The translations under genes were made by a program, and so were the position numbers. The notes below the pieces were generated by a model. The model was not told the DNA's origin. It worked only from the letters and a program-made list of their open reading frames with translations, and did not search any database. Of a stretch of 32,000 nucleotides of DNA, positions 24,351 through 32,000 are shown in pieces; position 1 is the first letter of the stretch, and every line of letters begins with the position of its first letter. The stretch is from a bacterium (GTDB lineage: Bacteria; Bacillota; Clostridia; Oscillospirales; Oscillospiraceae): assembly GCA_963613665.1 (NCBI GenBank), contig CAVEAL010000004.1, positions 83,134-115,133 on the forward strand. Direction: 5' to 3'.

Positions 24351-25943
24351 TCAGTCTCTGTTGAATTCGCGCAGCTCAAGGCCGGGGTTTTTCGTGAGCG
24401 CCCAGTTGACGCACCACTCGGAGGTAAACAGCAGCAGGTTATTTCCGCGGAAGTCCTGGACCCACTTGGTGTCGCTCGTCAGATTGAGATCGTTGGGGTT
24501 GAGCCCCTCGTTATCTATCCAGCGCACGACCTCATATGGCATGCTGCGGCGGCGCACGTCAACGCCGTACTCGTTTTTGAGCCTGTATTCGAGCACCTCG
24601 AGCTGAAGTATGCCGACGACACCGACGATGATCTCCTCAACGCCGGTGTACGGCTCGTGGAAGATCTGTATCGCGCCCTCCTGCGCTATCTGCATGATGC
24701 CCTTTTCAAACTGCTTGCGCTTCATCGTGTCGATACGCTCAACACCGGCGAAGATCTCGGGAGCGAAGGTCGGTATGCCTTCAAACTCCACCTTCATGCC
24801 CTTATCGCATATCGTGTCGCCGATGGAGAATATGCCGGGGTCAAACACGCCGATTATATCGCCCGCGTAGGCTTCGTTTATTATCGCACGCTCCTGTGCC
24901 ATGAGCTGCTGCGGCTGCGCAAGGCGGATCGCCTTGCCGCCCTGAACGTGGTAATACTCCCTGTCGCGCTCGAATTTGCCCGAGCATATGCGCATAAAGG
25001 CTATCCTGTCGCGGTGAGCCTTATTCATGTTCGCCTGTATCTTGAACACGAAGGCCGAGAACCTGTCGCTGAACGGATCGACTATCTCGTCGCCGGCCTT
25101 GCGCGGCAGGGGAGGCATGGTCATGTCAAGGAAGCTCTCGAGGAACGGCTCGATGCCGAAGTTGTTGAGCGCCGAGCCGAAGAACACGGGGCTAAGCTTA
25201 CCGTCGCGCACCTGAGCGATATCAAACTCATAGCCCGCGCCGTCAAGAAGCTCAACGTCGTCGCACAGCGTGCGTCTCAGCTTTTCGCCTATTAGAGCGT
25301 CGAGCGCCTCGGTGTCGTCGAGGCTGCACTCGATGGCCTTTATCCTGTCCTGACCGCGGTGGAATTCGTTGAAGGCGAGAATCTCGCGCTTTTCGCGGTC
25401 GTACACGCCCTTGAAATCAATGCCGCAGCCTATCGGCCAGTTCATGGGGTAGGTGCCGATGCCGAACTCCTGCTCGAGCTCCTCCATGAGGTCATACGGG
25501 CTGCGTGCCTCGCGGTCGAGCTTGTTTATGAAGGTGAAGATGGGTATATTGCGCATTGCGCAGATCTTGAAGAGCTTGCGCGTCTGCGGCTCGATGCCCT
25601 TTGCCGCGTCTATGACCATGACCGCGCTGTCGGCAGCCATGAGGGTGCGGTAGGTATCCTCGGAAAAGTCCTGGTGTCCGGGAGTGTCAAGAATGTTTAT
25701 GCAGTATCCGTTATACTCAAACTGCATTACCGACGAGCTTATTGATATACCGCGCTGCTTTTCAAGCTCCATCCAGTCGGACACGGCGTGCCGCGCCGTA
25801 GCTTTGCCCTTTACAGAGCCCGCGAGCTGTATCGCCCCGCCGTAGAGCAGCAGCTTTTCCGTAAGCGTTGTTTTGCCGGCGTCAGGATGCGAGATTATCG
25901 CAAATGTCCTGCGCCGTTCGATTTCCTTTCTTATATCAGCCAT
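24351..25943 (-). CDS. prfC: Peptide chain release factor 3
   Basis: 530 aa. Motifs RRTFAIISHPDAGKTTLTEKLLLYGGAIQ, DTPGHQDF and NKLD. Confidence 0.95.
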   Translation of the reverse strand: MADIRKEIERRRTFAIISHPDAGKTTLTEKLLLYGGAIQLAGSVKGKATARHAVSDWMELEKQRGISISSSVMQFEYNGYCINILDTPGHQDFSEDTYRTLMAADSAVMVIDAAKGIEPQTRKLFKICAMRNIPIFTFINKLDREARSPYDLMEELEQEFGIGTYPMNWPIGCGIDFKGVYDREKREILAFNEFHRGQDRIKAIECSLDDTEALDALIGEKLRRTLCDDVELLDGAGYEFDIAQVRDGKLSPVFFGSALNNFGIEPFLESFLDMTMPPLPRKAGDEIVDPFSDRFSAFVFKIQANMNKAHRDRIAFMRICSGKFERDREYYHVQGGKAIRLAQPQQLMAQERAIINEAYAGDIIGVFDPGIFSIGDTICDKGMKVEFEGIPTFAPEIFAGVERIDTMKRKQFEKGIMQIAQEGAIQIFHEPYTGVEEIIVGVVGILQLEVLEYRLKNEYGVDVRRRSMPYEVVRWIDNEGLNPNDLNLTSDTKWVQDFRGNNLLLFTSEWCVNWALTKNPGLELREFNRD

Positions 25944-26035
25944 ATATGCTTCTCTCCAAATAATTTTTCACATAGATTTATATACTATCACAGATATTGC
26001 ACAAAAGCAAAGATTTTTATCTTGAACATAAACTT

Positions 26036-26062
26036 ATCCGCACCGTCTCGGACAGTGCGGAT
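26036..26062 (-). terminator. Hairpin after the MBOAT gene
   Basis: ATCCGCAC-11 nt-GTGCGGAT, 10 nt after the MBOAT stop on the - strand. The U-tract is weak. Confidence 0.4.
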
Positions 26063-26072
26063 AGGACAAGAC

Positions 26073-27470
26073 TCAGAATCTGAAATATATAAACGGGTTG
26101 TAGCTCGAGCTTATGATAAACGCGATGCACAGAGCCAGAAGCGCCACATACATGCAGTTTACGGCAATGCAGGAAGCCGCGCTGTTTTCGTGAAAGCCGA
26201 GCTTTCTTGCAACTGGAAACGAGAAAATAATGCCGGGAATGATGAAGGCAAGATTGAATACCCTTGACACGTTGCCGGACAGGAGCGCCGTCCAATCCGT
26301 GGGCACGAAGCCGAACATAACGCTCAAAACCTGTCCAAGCTGCGCAAAGTCAGTTATATCAAACAGCACCCAGCCTACGGTCACAATGAACATGGAGTAG
26401 AGCCATCTTACGGCCGAAGGGAGCTTTTCCAGCACCTTTCCCCACAAAAGCTTCTCGCCGAGCAGTAAAACGGCATAATACAGTCCCCACAGTACAAAGT
26501 TCCACTGCGCACCGTGCCAGAAGCCGGTAAGCGTCCAGACGATAAGTATATTCAGTATCCAGCGCCGCTTACTTACGCGATTGCCGCCGAGCGGGATATA
26601 TACATAGTCGCGGAACCAGCTCGACAGGCTTATGTGCCAGCGGCGCCAGAATTCCGTAATTGACCTCGATACATACGGATAGTTGAAGTTTTCAAGAAAA
26701 TGAAAACCGAATATCCGGCCGAGACCGATAGCCATGTCGCTGTAGCCTGAAAAATCAAAGTATATCTGAAGGGTATAGCACACGGCGGCGAGCCAGCAGG
26801 CTGCGCTGCCGGTATCATTTAGCGAGTAGATATATACGGCAACGGCGGCGACGTTGTTTGCTATGAGTACCTTTTTGGCAAGCCCGAGTATAAAGCGCCG
26901 CATACCGCCGACGGCATCTTCCCAGCTCTCATGTCTGTCCGATATCTCGCGCTCAACGGTCTCATAGCGGACTATTGGACCTGCAATGAGCTGAGGGAAG
27001 AAGCTTACATACAGTGTAAAGCGGAAGTAGCTTTTCTGAACGCAGACCTTGCCCCAATACAGGTCGATAAGGTAGGAAAGTATCTGAAAGGTGTAGAAGC
27101 TTATGCCTATTGGCAGCGCAATGCTTTTGACCGTAAGTGCAACGCCGTCTATCCTGTTGAGGTTTTCAACGAAAAAGTTGAGATACTTGAACACCGCGAG
27201 ACTGCCGAGCAGGAGAACGAGCGAAAAGATCAGGACACGGCGTGCAGCGCGGCGCCTGCCTTTCAGGCGTTCCATCAAAAGTCCGCACAGCCATGCCGCC
27301 AGCGTTGATGCAAGCATCAAAAACACATACACGGGTTCTCCCCATGAATAAAAAACGAGCGAGGCCGTAAGCAGAACGGCATTGCGCCATGTGCGGTTTT
27401 TTACGGCAAAGTACAGTATCAGGACCGCGGGCAGGAAAAAGTATAAAAATGTAAGACTTGAAAAGAGCAT
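26073..27470 (-). CDS. MBOAT family O-acyltransferase (AlgI/DltB-like)
   Basis: 465 aa, polytopic. MLFSSLTFLYFFLPAVLILYF... is a typical AlgI/DltB N-terminus. Contains FWRRWHISLSSWFRDYVYIPLGG with the conserved His. Confidence 0.9.
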   Translation of the reverse strand: MLFSSLTFLYFFLPAVLILYFAVKNRTWRNAVLLTASLVFYSWGEPVYVFLMLASTLAAWLCGLLMERLKGRRRAARRVLIFSLVLLLGSLAVFKYLNFFVENLNRIDGVALTVKSIALPIGISFYTFQILSYLIDLYWGKVCVQKSYFRFTLYVSFFPQLIAGPIVRYETVEREISDRHESWEDAVGGMRRFILGLAKKVLIANNVAAVAVYIYSLNDTGSAACWLAAVCYTLQIYFDFSGYSDMAIGLGRIFGFHFLENFNYPYVSRSITEFWRRWHISLSSWFRDYVYIPLGGNRVSKRRWILNILIVWTLTGFWHGAQWNFVLWGLYYAVLLLGEKLLWGKVLEKLPSAVRWLYSMFIVTVGWVLFDITDFAQLGQVLSVMFGFVPTDWTALLSGNVSRVFNLAFIIPGIIFSFPVARKLGFHENSAASCIAVNCMYVALLALCIAFIISSSYNPFIYFRF

Positions 27471-27483
27471 ATGTTTTTTCCGA

Positions 27484-28638
27484 TCAGATCATAAAGTCTT
27501 CGGAAACGTAATAATCCACATTCCCGATGAACAGCACCTTTGTGATGCCGTGCTGGCTGACATATTCATCGAAATCGAACTTTTTGCCGAACGCGGTCTC
27601 GTAGTAGCGAAGATCAATGCTGTATGTTTCGGCAAAATGGCCTGCAAGCAGCCTTAGTATTGCATTGTCATACGATTCGCCGATTATGAGGATATTTTCG
27701 CCGTCTCTTCCGGTGTCGAATATTATCTCGCCCTCGTCGCCTCCGTAGACGTCGCCGTAGGTCGGACAGCTCAGCTCACCGAGAAGCAGCTTGTCCTGCT
27801 GCCCGTAATCTTCGGCCGGCGTCCCGTTTATGCTTATGCTCATCGGCGCATAGTCAAAGCGGTATATGCTCATCTCATCGGTGTAGAAGCTCCCCAGCGA
27901 CATTGCCTTGCTGCCGACAAAACGAAGACCGGAATGAAAAACGCCTGCCGGCTCGATGGGCTCGTCATCGCTTATGAGGGAAAGAACGTCTCTGTAGCCT
28001 GAGTATGAGCCGATATAATTCCAGTGATGATCAGTATCATAAAAACGCTCGTCGAACTCGGCAAAGCTTTGTATCTCATACACTCCCATGCGATCCTCGG
28101 GAATGTTAAGCATGGAGAATACATACTCACGCGCACCGAGCCTTTCGCCGGTAGTAAAGTTCAGGTCGGTGTCCTTTTCAATGTAATATGCGTAGAAATC
28201 GAGCTCCGGATGCGCGGCTATGACGGAGTTGAGATTCTCTGCCTTTGCCGTGAGCCGCTCCCTTCTTGCGTCGAGCCCCGTCTGCATATATACGATCTTC
28301 CCCTCGTAAAAGGCCAGACCGTTTGAATACACATAGTCGTGCGTTACGTTTTCCAGCAGACTTATCAGCGGCACGGCCGAGGCCGAAACGGCGTAGTTAT
28401 AGCATTTTTTCGCAAGCTGAGCAAACTGCACCTGATCGGAAAGCGCGCTTTCCATGGCGTCCTGAAAGCTGCCGTCGGCATAAGAAGCCGCAGTAAGCTG
28501 CGAGAGCCTGTTTGCATAGCGGTTTTCATAGCTGTTAATCTCGCTCGGGATAAAAACCGTTGTCAGAAAGCCCGTGAGAAGTATCAAAACAATGAGCACG
28601 AAAAAGGCTTTGTCTATATTTGAGGTCTTATTCTGCAT
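27484..28638 (-). CDS. DHHW family protein (AlgX/AlgJ-like partner of MBOAT acyltransferases)
   Basis: 384 aa. N-terminal signal-anchor and the YDTDHHWNYIGSY motif. Immediately upstream of the MBOAT gene. Confidence 0.8.
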   Translation of the reverse strand: MQNKTSNIDKAFFVLIVLILLTGFLTTVFIPSEINSYENRYANRLSQLTAASYADGSFQDAMESALSDQVQFAQLAKKCYNYAVSASAVPLISLLENVTHDYVYSNGLAFYEGKIVYMQTGLDARRERLTAKAENLNSVIAAHPELDFYAYYIEKDTDLNFTTGERLGAREYVFSMLNIPEDRMGVYEIQSFAEFDERFYDTDHHWNYIGSYSGYRDVLSLISDDEPIEPAGVFHSGLRFVGSKAMSLGSFYTDEMSIYRFDYAPMSISINGTPAEDYGQQDKLLLGELSCPTYGDVYGGDEGEIIFDTGRDGENILIIGESYDNAILRLLAGHFAETYSIDLRYYETAFGKKFDFDEYVSQHGITKVLFIGNVDYYVSEDFMI

Positions 28639-29050
28639 CTGACTGTATCACACTCACTATCCTTGTCGGCGTCGGGTCGGCGCTGTGGCGTGCGCGGCTT
28701 ATGGCCGACGCTATGACAACGCCCAGAACGGCCGCTGCAAAGGCTGCTGTTATGCAGATGCTTTCGCCGAACGAGAGCGCATCGGCTATGAGATAGCCCG
28801 CAAAGAGCATCACGAGCGGCAGGATATATATCGCAAGCGCACCCTTCACAACGCCCTTGGTCGGAGTTTCTATCATAACGTGCTGACCGCGGTGTGCGCC
28901 TATGGGATTGCGCACGACCGACTTCATGAGATTTTCATAGCGGCACTCGCCGCATTCGCTGCAATCGCCTCCGCATATGCCGAGACGCTCAACGACGACC
29001 TCGGCAAGGCCGTCGTCACGAGTTTTTGTCACTATTGCTTCCTGAAGCAT
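28628..29050 (-). CDS. RseC/MucC (SoxR-reducing system RseC) family protein
   Basis: 140 aa. N-terminal beta domain with Cys cluster GICGGDCSECGECRY, followed by two TM helices. Its 3' end overlaps the DHHW start by 11 nt. Confidence 0.75.
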   Translation of the reverse strand: MLQEAIVTKTRDDGLAEVVVERLGICGGDCSECGECRYENLMKSVVRNPIGAHRGQHVMIETPTKGVVKGALAIYILPLVMLFAGYLIADALSFGESICITAAFAAAVLGVVIASAISRARHSADPTPTRIVSVIQSDAE

Positions 29051-29088
29051 TTCACATCACCTTTAGGGATTATACACCCTAATATACC

Positions 29089-29117
29089 TTGCCGCAAGGG
29101 GATGTTTATGTTATACT
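29089..29117 (+). promoter_or_regulatory. Candidate sigma-A promoter of the hydrogenase-like sensor operon
   Basis: TTGCCG (29089-29094), 17-nt spacer, TATACT (29112-29117) with an extended -10 TG (TGtTATACT). The palindrome CCTTGCcGCAAGG (29087-29099) overlaps the -35 element. Confidence 0.4.
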
Positions 29118-29167
29118 GCATTATATAAACTGTAAAAACACGGTGAAGATAACAGGAGGTGGCTGCT

Positions 29168-30844
29168 GTGCCCGGCGTGCTGAACCTTAAAAAGTCAAAC
29201 TGCAAAAATTGTCACAGATGCATTAGAAAATGCCCTGTCAAGTCTATCCGCTTTACTGGGCATCAGGCGCATATAATAAGCGATGAGTGCATACTGTGCG
29301 GCCAGTGCTTTGTTGTCTGCCCGCAGGAGGCAAAGGAGATCATCGACGACCGTGAGCGAGTCGGCGTCATGCTGCGCGGCGCTTCTCCAGTGATCGCAAG
29401 CTTTGATCCGTCGTTTTATGCCTGCTGGGAGGACTGCGGAGCAAATTCAATGCGAAAGGCGCTCATGGAGCTCGGCTTTGACGATGCCGAGGAAACGGCC
29501 ATAGGCGCAACTATCGTAAAGCGCGAGTACGAGCGAATGCTCAGGGAGGCAAAGCAGGATGTCATCATAACCTCCGCCTGCGCGTCGCTTAACCTGCTTG
29601 TTGAAAAGCACTTTCCGGAGCTGCGGCAGTATCTTGCACCGGTAGTGTCGCCTATGATAGCCCACGCTATGGACATAAAGCGCCGGAGTCCGGACGCGAA
29701 GGTCGTGTTCATAGGTCCGTGTGTTGCCAAGAAGCAGGAGTATGAGGGTACATGTGTGGATGCCGTGCTCACCTTCGAGGAGTTTGACCAGATGCGCCTT
29801 TCCGCCGGTGTTGAGATCGAAAAGGAGTTCGGCGAAAGCTTCAGAGGACGCGCACGCAGCTTCCCCGTGACGGGCGGCATCATAAAAAGCATGGATATCC
29901 CCGACACGGGCTATCAGTACATTGCGACAAACGGCCCGAAAAACTGCATGAATGCGCTCAGAGACCTCAAAAACGGCAACATCCACAAGTGCTTTATAGA
30001 GCTTGCCATGTGCGACGGCAGCTGCATTGACGGGCCTATTATGGAAAAATATATCAACTCGCCGATACGGCATATCTACTCCGTGTGGAGCCATGTCGGC
30101 ACGGAGGATTTCGATGTTCCGCAGCCGGAGCCGGAAAAGCTCGCTGTGCAGTATATCGGAACTCCGGTCAGCAAGAACACCCCGAATGAGGCGGAGATAC
30201 GCGCCATTTTATCAAAGCTCGGCAAAAACACAAAGGGCGATGAGCTCAACTGCGGCTCCTGCGGATACGATTCCTGCCGCGAAAAGGCTATAGCCATCTA
30301 CCGCGGCAAGGCCGACTACAGCATGTGCCTGCCATTTATCATGGATAAGGCCGAGCGTTTCAGCAATAAGATCCTCAACAATATGCCCAGCGGCGTCGTT
30401 GTCGTCAACGAGGATCTCGAGGTGCAGCAGCTGAACCGCACGGCGCTTCAAATGCTCAACATCAGCCACGAGTCCGACATTCTGGGCGACAGCGTCGTAA
30501 GAGTGCTTGATACGGCGCCGTTTTTCACCTGCCTTGAAACTGGAAAGACCGTGAAAAAGCTGCGCGCTTATTTCTCCGACTACGAGAAATACTTTGAGCA
30601 GACCGTGGTCTACGACCGCTCCTCGAAGATACTTATCGACATCATCTCCGACGTTACCGAGGAAGAGGAGGAGGCGCGCCGCCGCAAGGCGCTGAGCCAG
30701 CAGACGGCGGAGATAACGAACAAGGTAATTGAAAATCAGATGCGTATAGTTCAGGAGATAGCTTCGCTGCTCGGCGAGACAACGGCCGAGACGAAGATAG
30801 CCCTGACGAGACTGAAGGAGTCGCTGAGCCTTGAAGAAGAATAA
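29168..30844 (+). CDS. HydS-type (putative sensory, group C) [FeFe]-hydrogenase-like protein: 2x[4Fe-4S] ferredoxin, H-domain, Cys4 motif and PAS domain
   Basis: Ferredoxin motifs CKNCHRCIRKCP and CILCGQCFVVCP. H-cluster motifs in variant form: TSACAS (canonical TSCCP), GPCVAKKQE (canonical MPCxxK) and ELAMCDGSCIDGP. Also CGSCGYDSCREKA...C and a PAS-like NNMPSGVVVVNEDLEVQQLNRTALQML. GTG at 29168 is preferred because the track start at 29159 abuts the AGGAGG RBS. Confidence 0.85.
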   Translation: MPGVLNLKKSNCKNCHRCIRKCPVKSIRFTGHQAHIISDECILCGQCFVVCPQEAKEIIDDRERVGVMLRGASPVIASFDPSFYACWEDCGANSMRKALMELGFDDAEETAIGATIVKREYERMLREAKQDVIITSACASLNLLVEKHFPELRQYLAPVVSPMIAHAMDIKRRSPDAKVVFIGPCVAKKQEYEGTCVDAVLTFEEFDQMRLSAGVEIEKEFGESFRGRARSFPVTGGIIKSMDIPDTGYQYIATNGPKNCMNALRDLKNGNIHKCFIELAMCDGSCIDGPIMEKYINSPIRHIYSVWSHVGTEDFDVPQPEPEKLAVQYIGTPVSKNTPNEAEIRAILSKLGKNTKGDELNCGSCGYDSCREKAIAIYRGKADYSMCLPFIMDKAERFSNKILNNMPSGVVVVNEDLEVQQLNRTALQMLNISHESDILGDSVVRVLDTAPFFTCLETGKTVKKLRAYFSDYEKYFEQTVVYDRSSKILIDIISDVTEEEEEARRRKALSQQTAEITNKVIENQMRIVQEIASLLGETTAETKIALTRLKESLSLEEE

Positions 30845-32000
30845 TCTTTGCAGCGAGATAGCGTACATGAGCCTTAACCACTTCGGCGAGCAGCTCTGCG
30901 GCGACCATATAGAGATCGCCGAGAGCGAAAACTCCACTATCATCGTCCTCGCCGACGGTCTCGGCAGCGGCGTTAAGGCCAGTATCCTGTCAACGCTGAC
31001 ATCGACCATTATATCGACTATGCTCGCCGCCGGACTTGATATCCGCGATGCGGTCGAGACCATTGCCGACACGCTGCCTATCTGCTCCGAGCGAAAGACC
31101 GCGTTCTCGACCTTTACGATCATAAGGCTCGAAAACGAAACGCACGCGGATATAATCCAGTACGAAAACCCGAACGTTATACTCATCCGCAATGAGCAGC
31201 TGTATGAGTTCCCGCTTTCGACTATCACCATAGGCGAGAAAACGATCTACCGCTCGAGCCTTGAGCTTGCAGACGGCGATCTGTTCATCGCACTGTCCGA
31301 CGGGATGCTTTACGCCAGCGATAACGGCGTGCTTAATTCCTCGTGGGACAGAGCGGCGCTTGCCGAATTCATGAGCCCGCTCAGCGACTCCGGCCTTACA
31401 GCCAATGTGCTTACCAACATCCTCATGGAGGAGGTCAACAAGCTCTACGGCTATAAGCCTTTTGACGATGCAACGGCCTGCATAGTAAAGATACGTCAGC
31501 GCCAGACCGTCAATATCGCTGTCGGCCCGCCGAAAAATATGAGCGACAACCACCGCATGATGGCGCTGTTTTTTGCCAAGGAGGGCAAGCACATCGTCTG
31601 CGGCGGTACGACCTCAAAGATCGCGGCGGAGTATCTGCACGCGACGGTGCAGACAGAGTATGCCTCGCCCGACCCTGATATACCGGCGATATCGCACATT
31701 CAGGGCGTCGATCTGGCGACCGAGGGCATCATAACCGTTGACCGCATCCTTGCCTATTCAAAGGACTATCTCAGGGATAACCGCAGCTTTGAAAACTGGT
31801 ACTATAAAAAGGACGGTGCGTCGCTGGCTGCGCATATACTGTTCGAGGAGGCAACGGACATAAACATGTTCATCGGCCACGCAGCAAACCCCGCGCACGA
31901 CGGCCTGCCCATAAATTTCAATGTCAAGATGCAGATACTGAAGGAGCTCTCGCAGAATCTGCAAAAGATGGGCAAGCGTGTGAAAATACACGATTTTTAA
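30831..32000 (+). CDS. PP2C-type SpoIIE family serine phosphatase with an extra C-terminal domain of about 170 aa
   Basis: 389 aa. Motifs GEQLCGDHIE, IIVLADGLGSGVKASILS, FIALSDGMLYA and DDATACIVKI. TTG start overlaps the upstream gene by 14 nt; the alternative ATG is at 30867. The stop is the last triplet of the window. Confidence 0.85.
   Translation: MKKNNLCSEIAYMSLNHFGEQLCGDHIEIAESENSTIIVLADGLGSGVKASILSTLTSTIISTMLAAGLDIRDAVETIADTLPICSERKTAFSTFTIIRLENETHADIIQYENPNVILIRNEQLYEFPLSTITIGEKTIYRSSLELADGDLFIALSDGMLYASDNGVLNSSWDRAALAEFMSPLSDSGLTANVLTNILMEEVNKLYGYKPFDDATACIVKIRQRQTVNIAVGPPKNMSDNHRMMALFFAKEGKHIVCGGTTSKIAAEYLHATVQTEYASPDPDIPAISHIQGVDLATEGIITVDRILAYSKDYLRDNRSFENWYYKKDGASLAAHILFEEATDINMFIGHAANPAHDGLPINFNVKMQILKELSQNLQKMGKRVKIHDF

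Noticed and set aside
1-32000. Window-wide search for CRISPR arrays, tRNA or rRNA genes, riboswitch-like leaders, and transposases or IS terminal inverted repeats
   Set aside because: I found no regularly spaced direct repeats, no tRNA-like T-arm/acceptor patterns in the intergenic regions, no rRNA-like segments and no transposase ORF. The only mobility gene is the serine recombinase.

Overview
32-kb window from a roughly 55-58% GC chromosome that looks like a Firmicutes/Clostridia genome. This is an inference from gene content: a rimP-nusA-ylxR-ylxQ-infB-rbfA-DHH-truB-ribF operon, a sporulation sigma factor fragment and a SpoIIE-type phosphatase. The window has three parts. (1) 1-9935 is an accessory redox island. 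It holds two convergent units, each with a TetR regulator divergent from an operon led by an Fe-S/FMN/FAD enoate-reductase-type enzyme. Unit 1 is reductase-MFS-SDR-GntP-like permease. Unit 2 is reductase plus a zinc-ADH that a perfect 13-bp tandem duplication has joined in frame to the downstream SDR. (2) 9936-15597 is mobile-element-type DNA. It contains an AT-rich scar, a heavily decayed 3' remnant of a type I restriction hsdR gene, an AAA+ ATPase with a PD-(D/E)xK-like C-terminus, and a large serine recombinase. The recombinase stop codon lies inside the first conserved codons of a 3' fragment of sporulation sigma-K. This is the arrangement expected at the right junction of a skin-like sigK intervening element. 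The 5' half of sigK and the left junction are not in the window. (3) 15598-32000 is core genome: a VanY-type carboxypeptidase, the nusA-infB operon with a promoter and a leader terminator hairpin, prfC, an RseC-like/DHHW/MBOAT operon, and a HydS-type (sensory) [FeFe]-hydrogenase-PAS protein overlapping a PP2C/SpoIIE phosphatase gene. I found no rRNA, tRNA, CRISPR array or transposase. The many long ORFs antisense to real genes are codon-register shadow ORFs.
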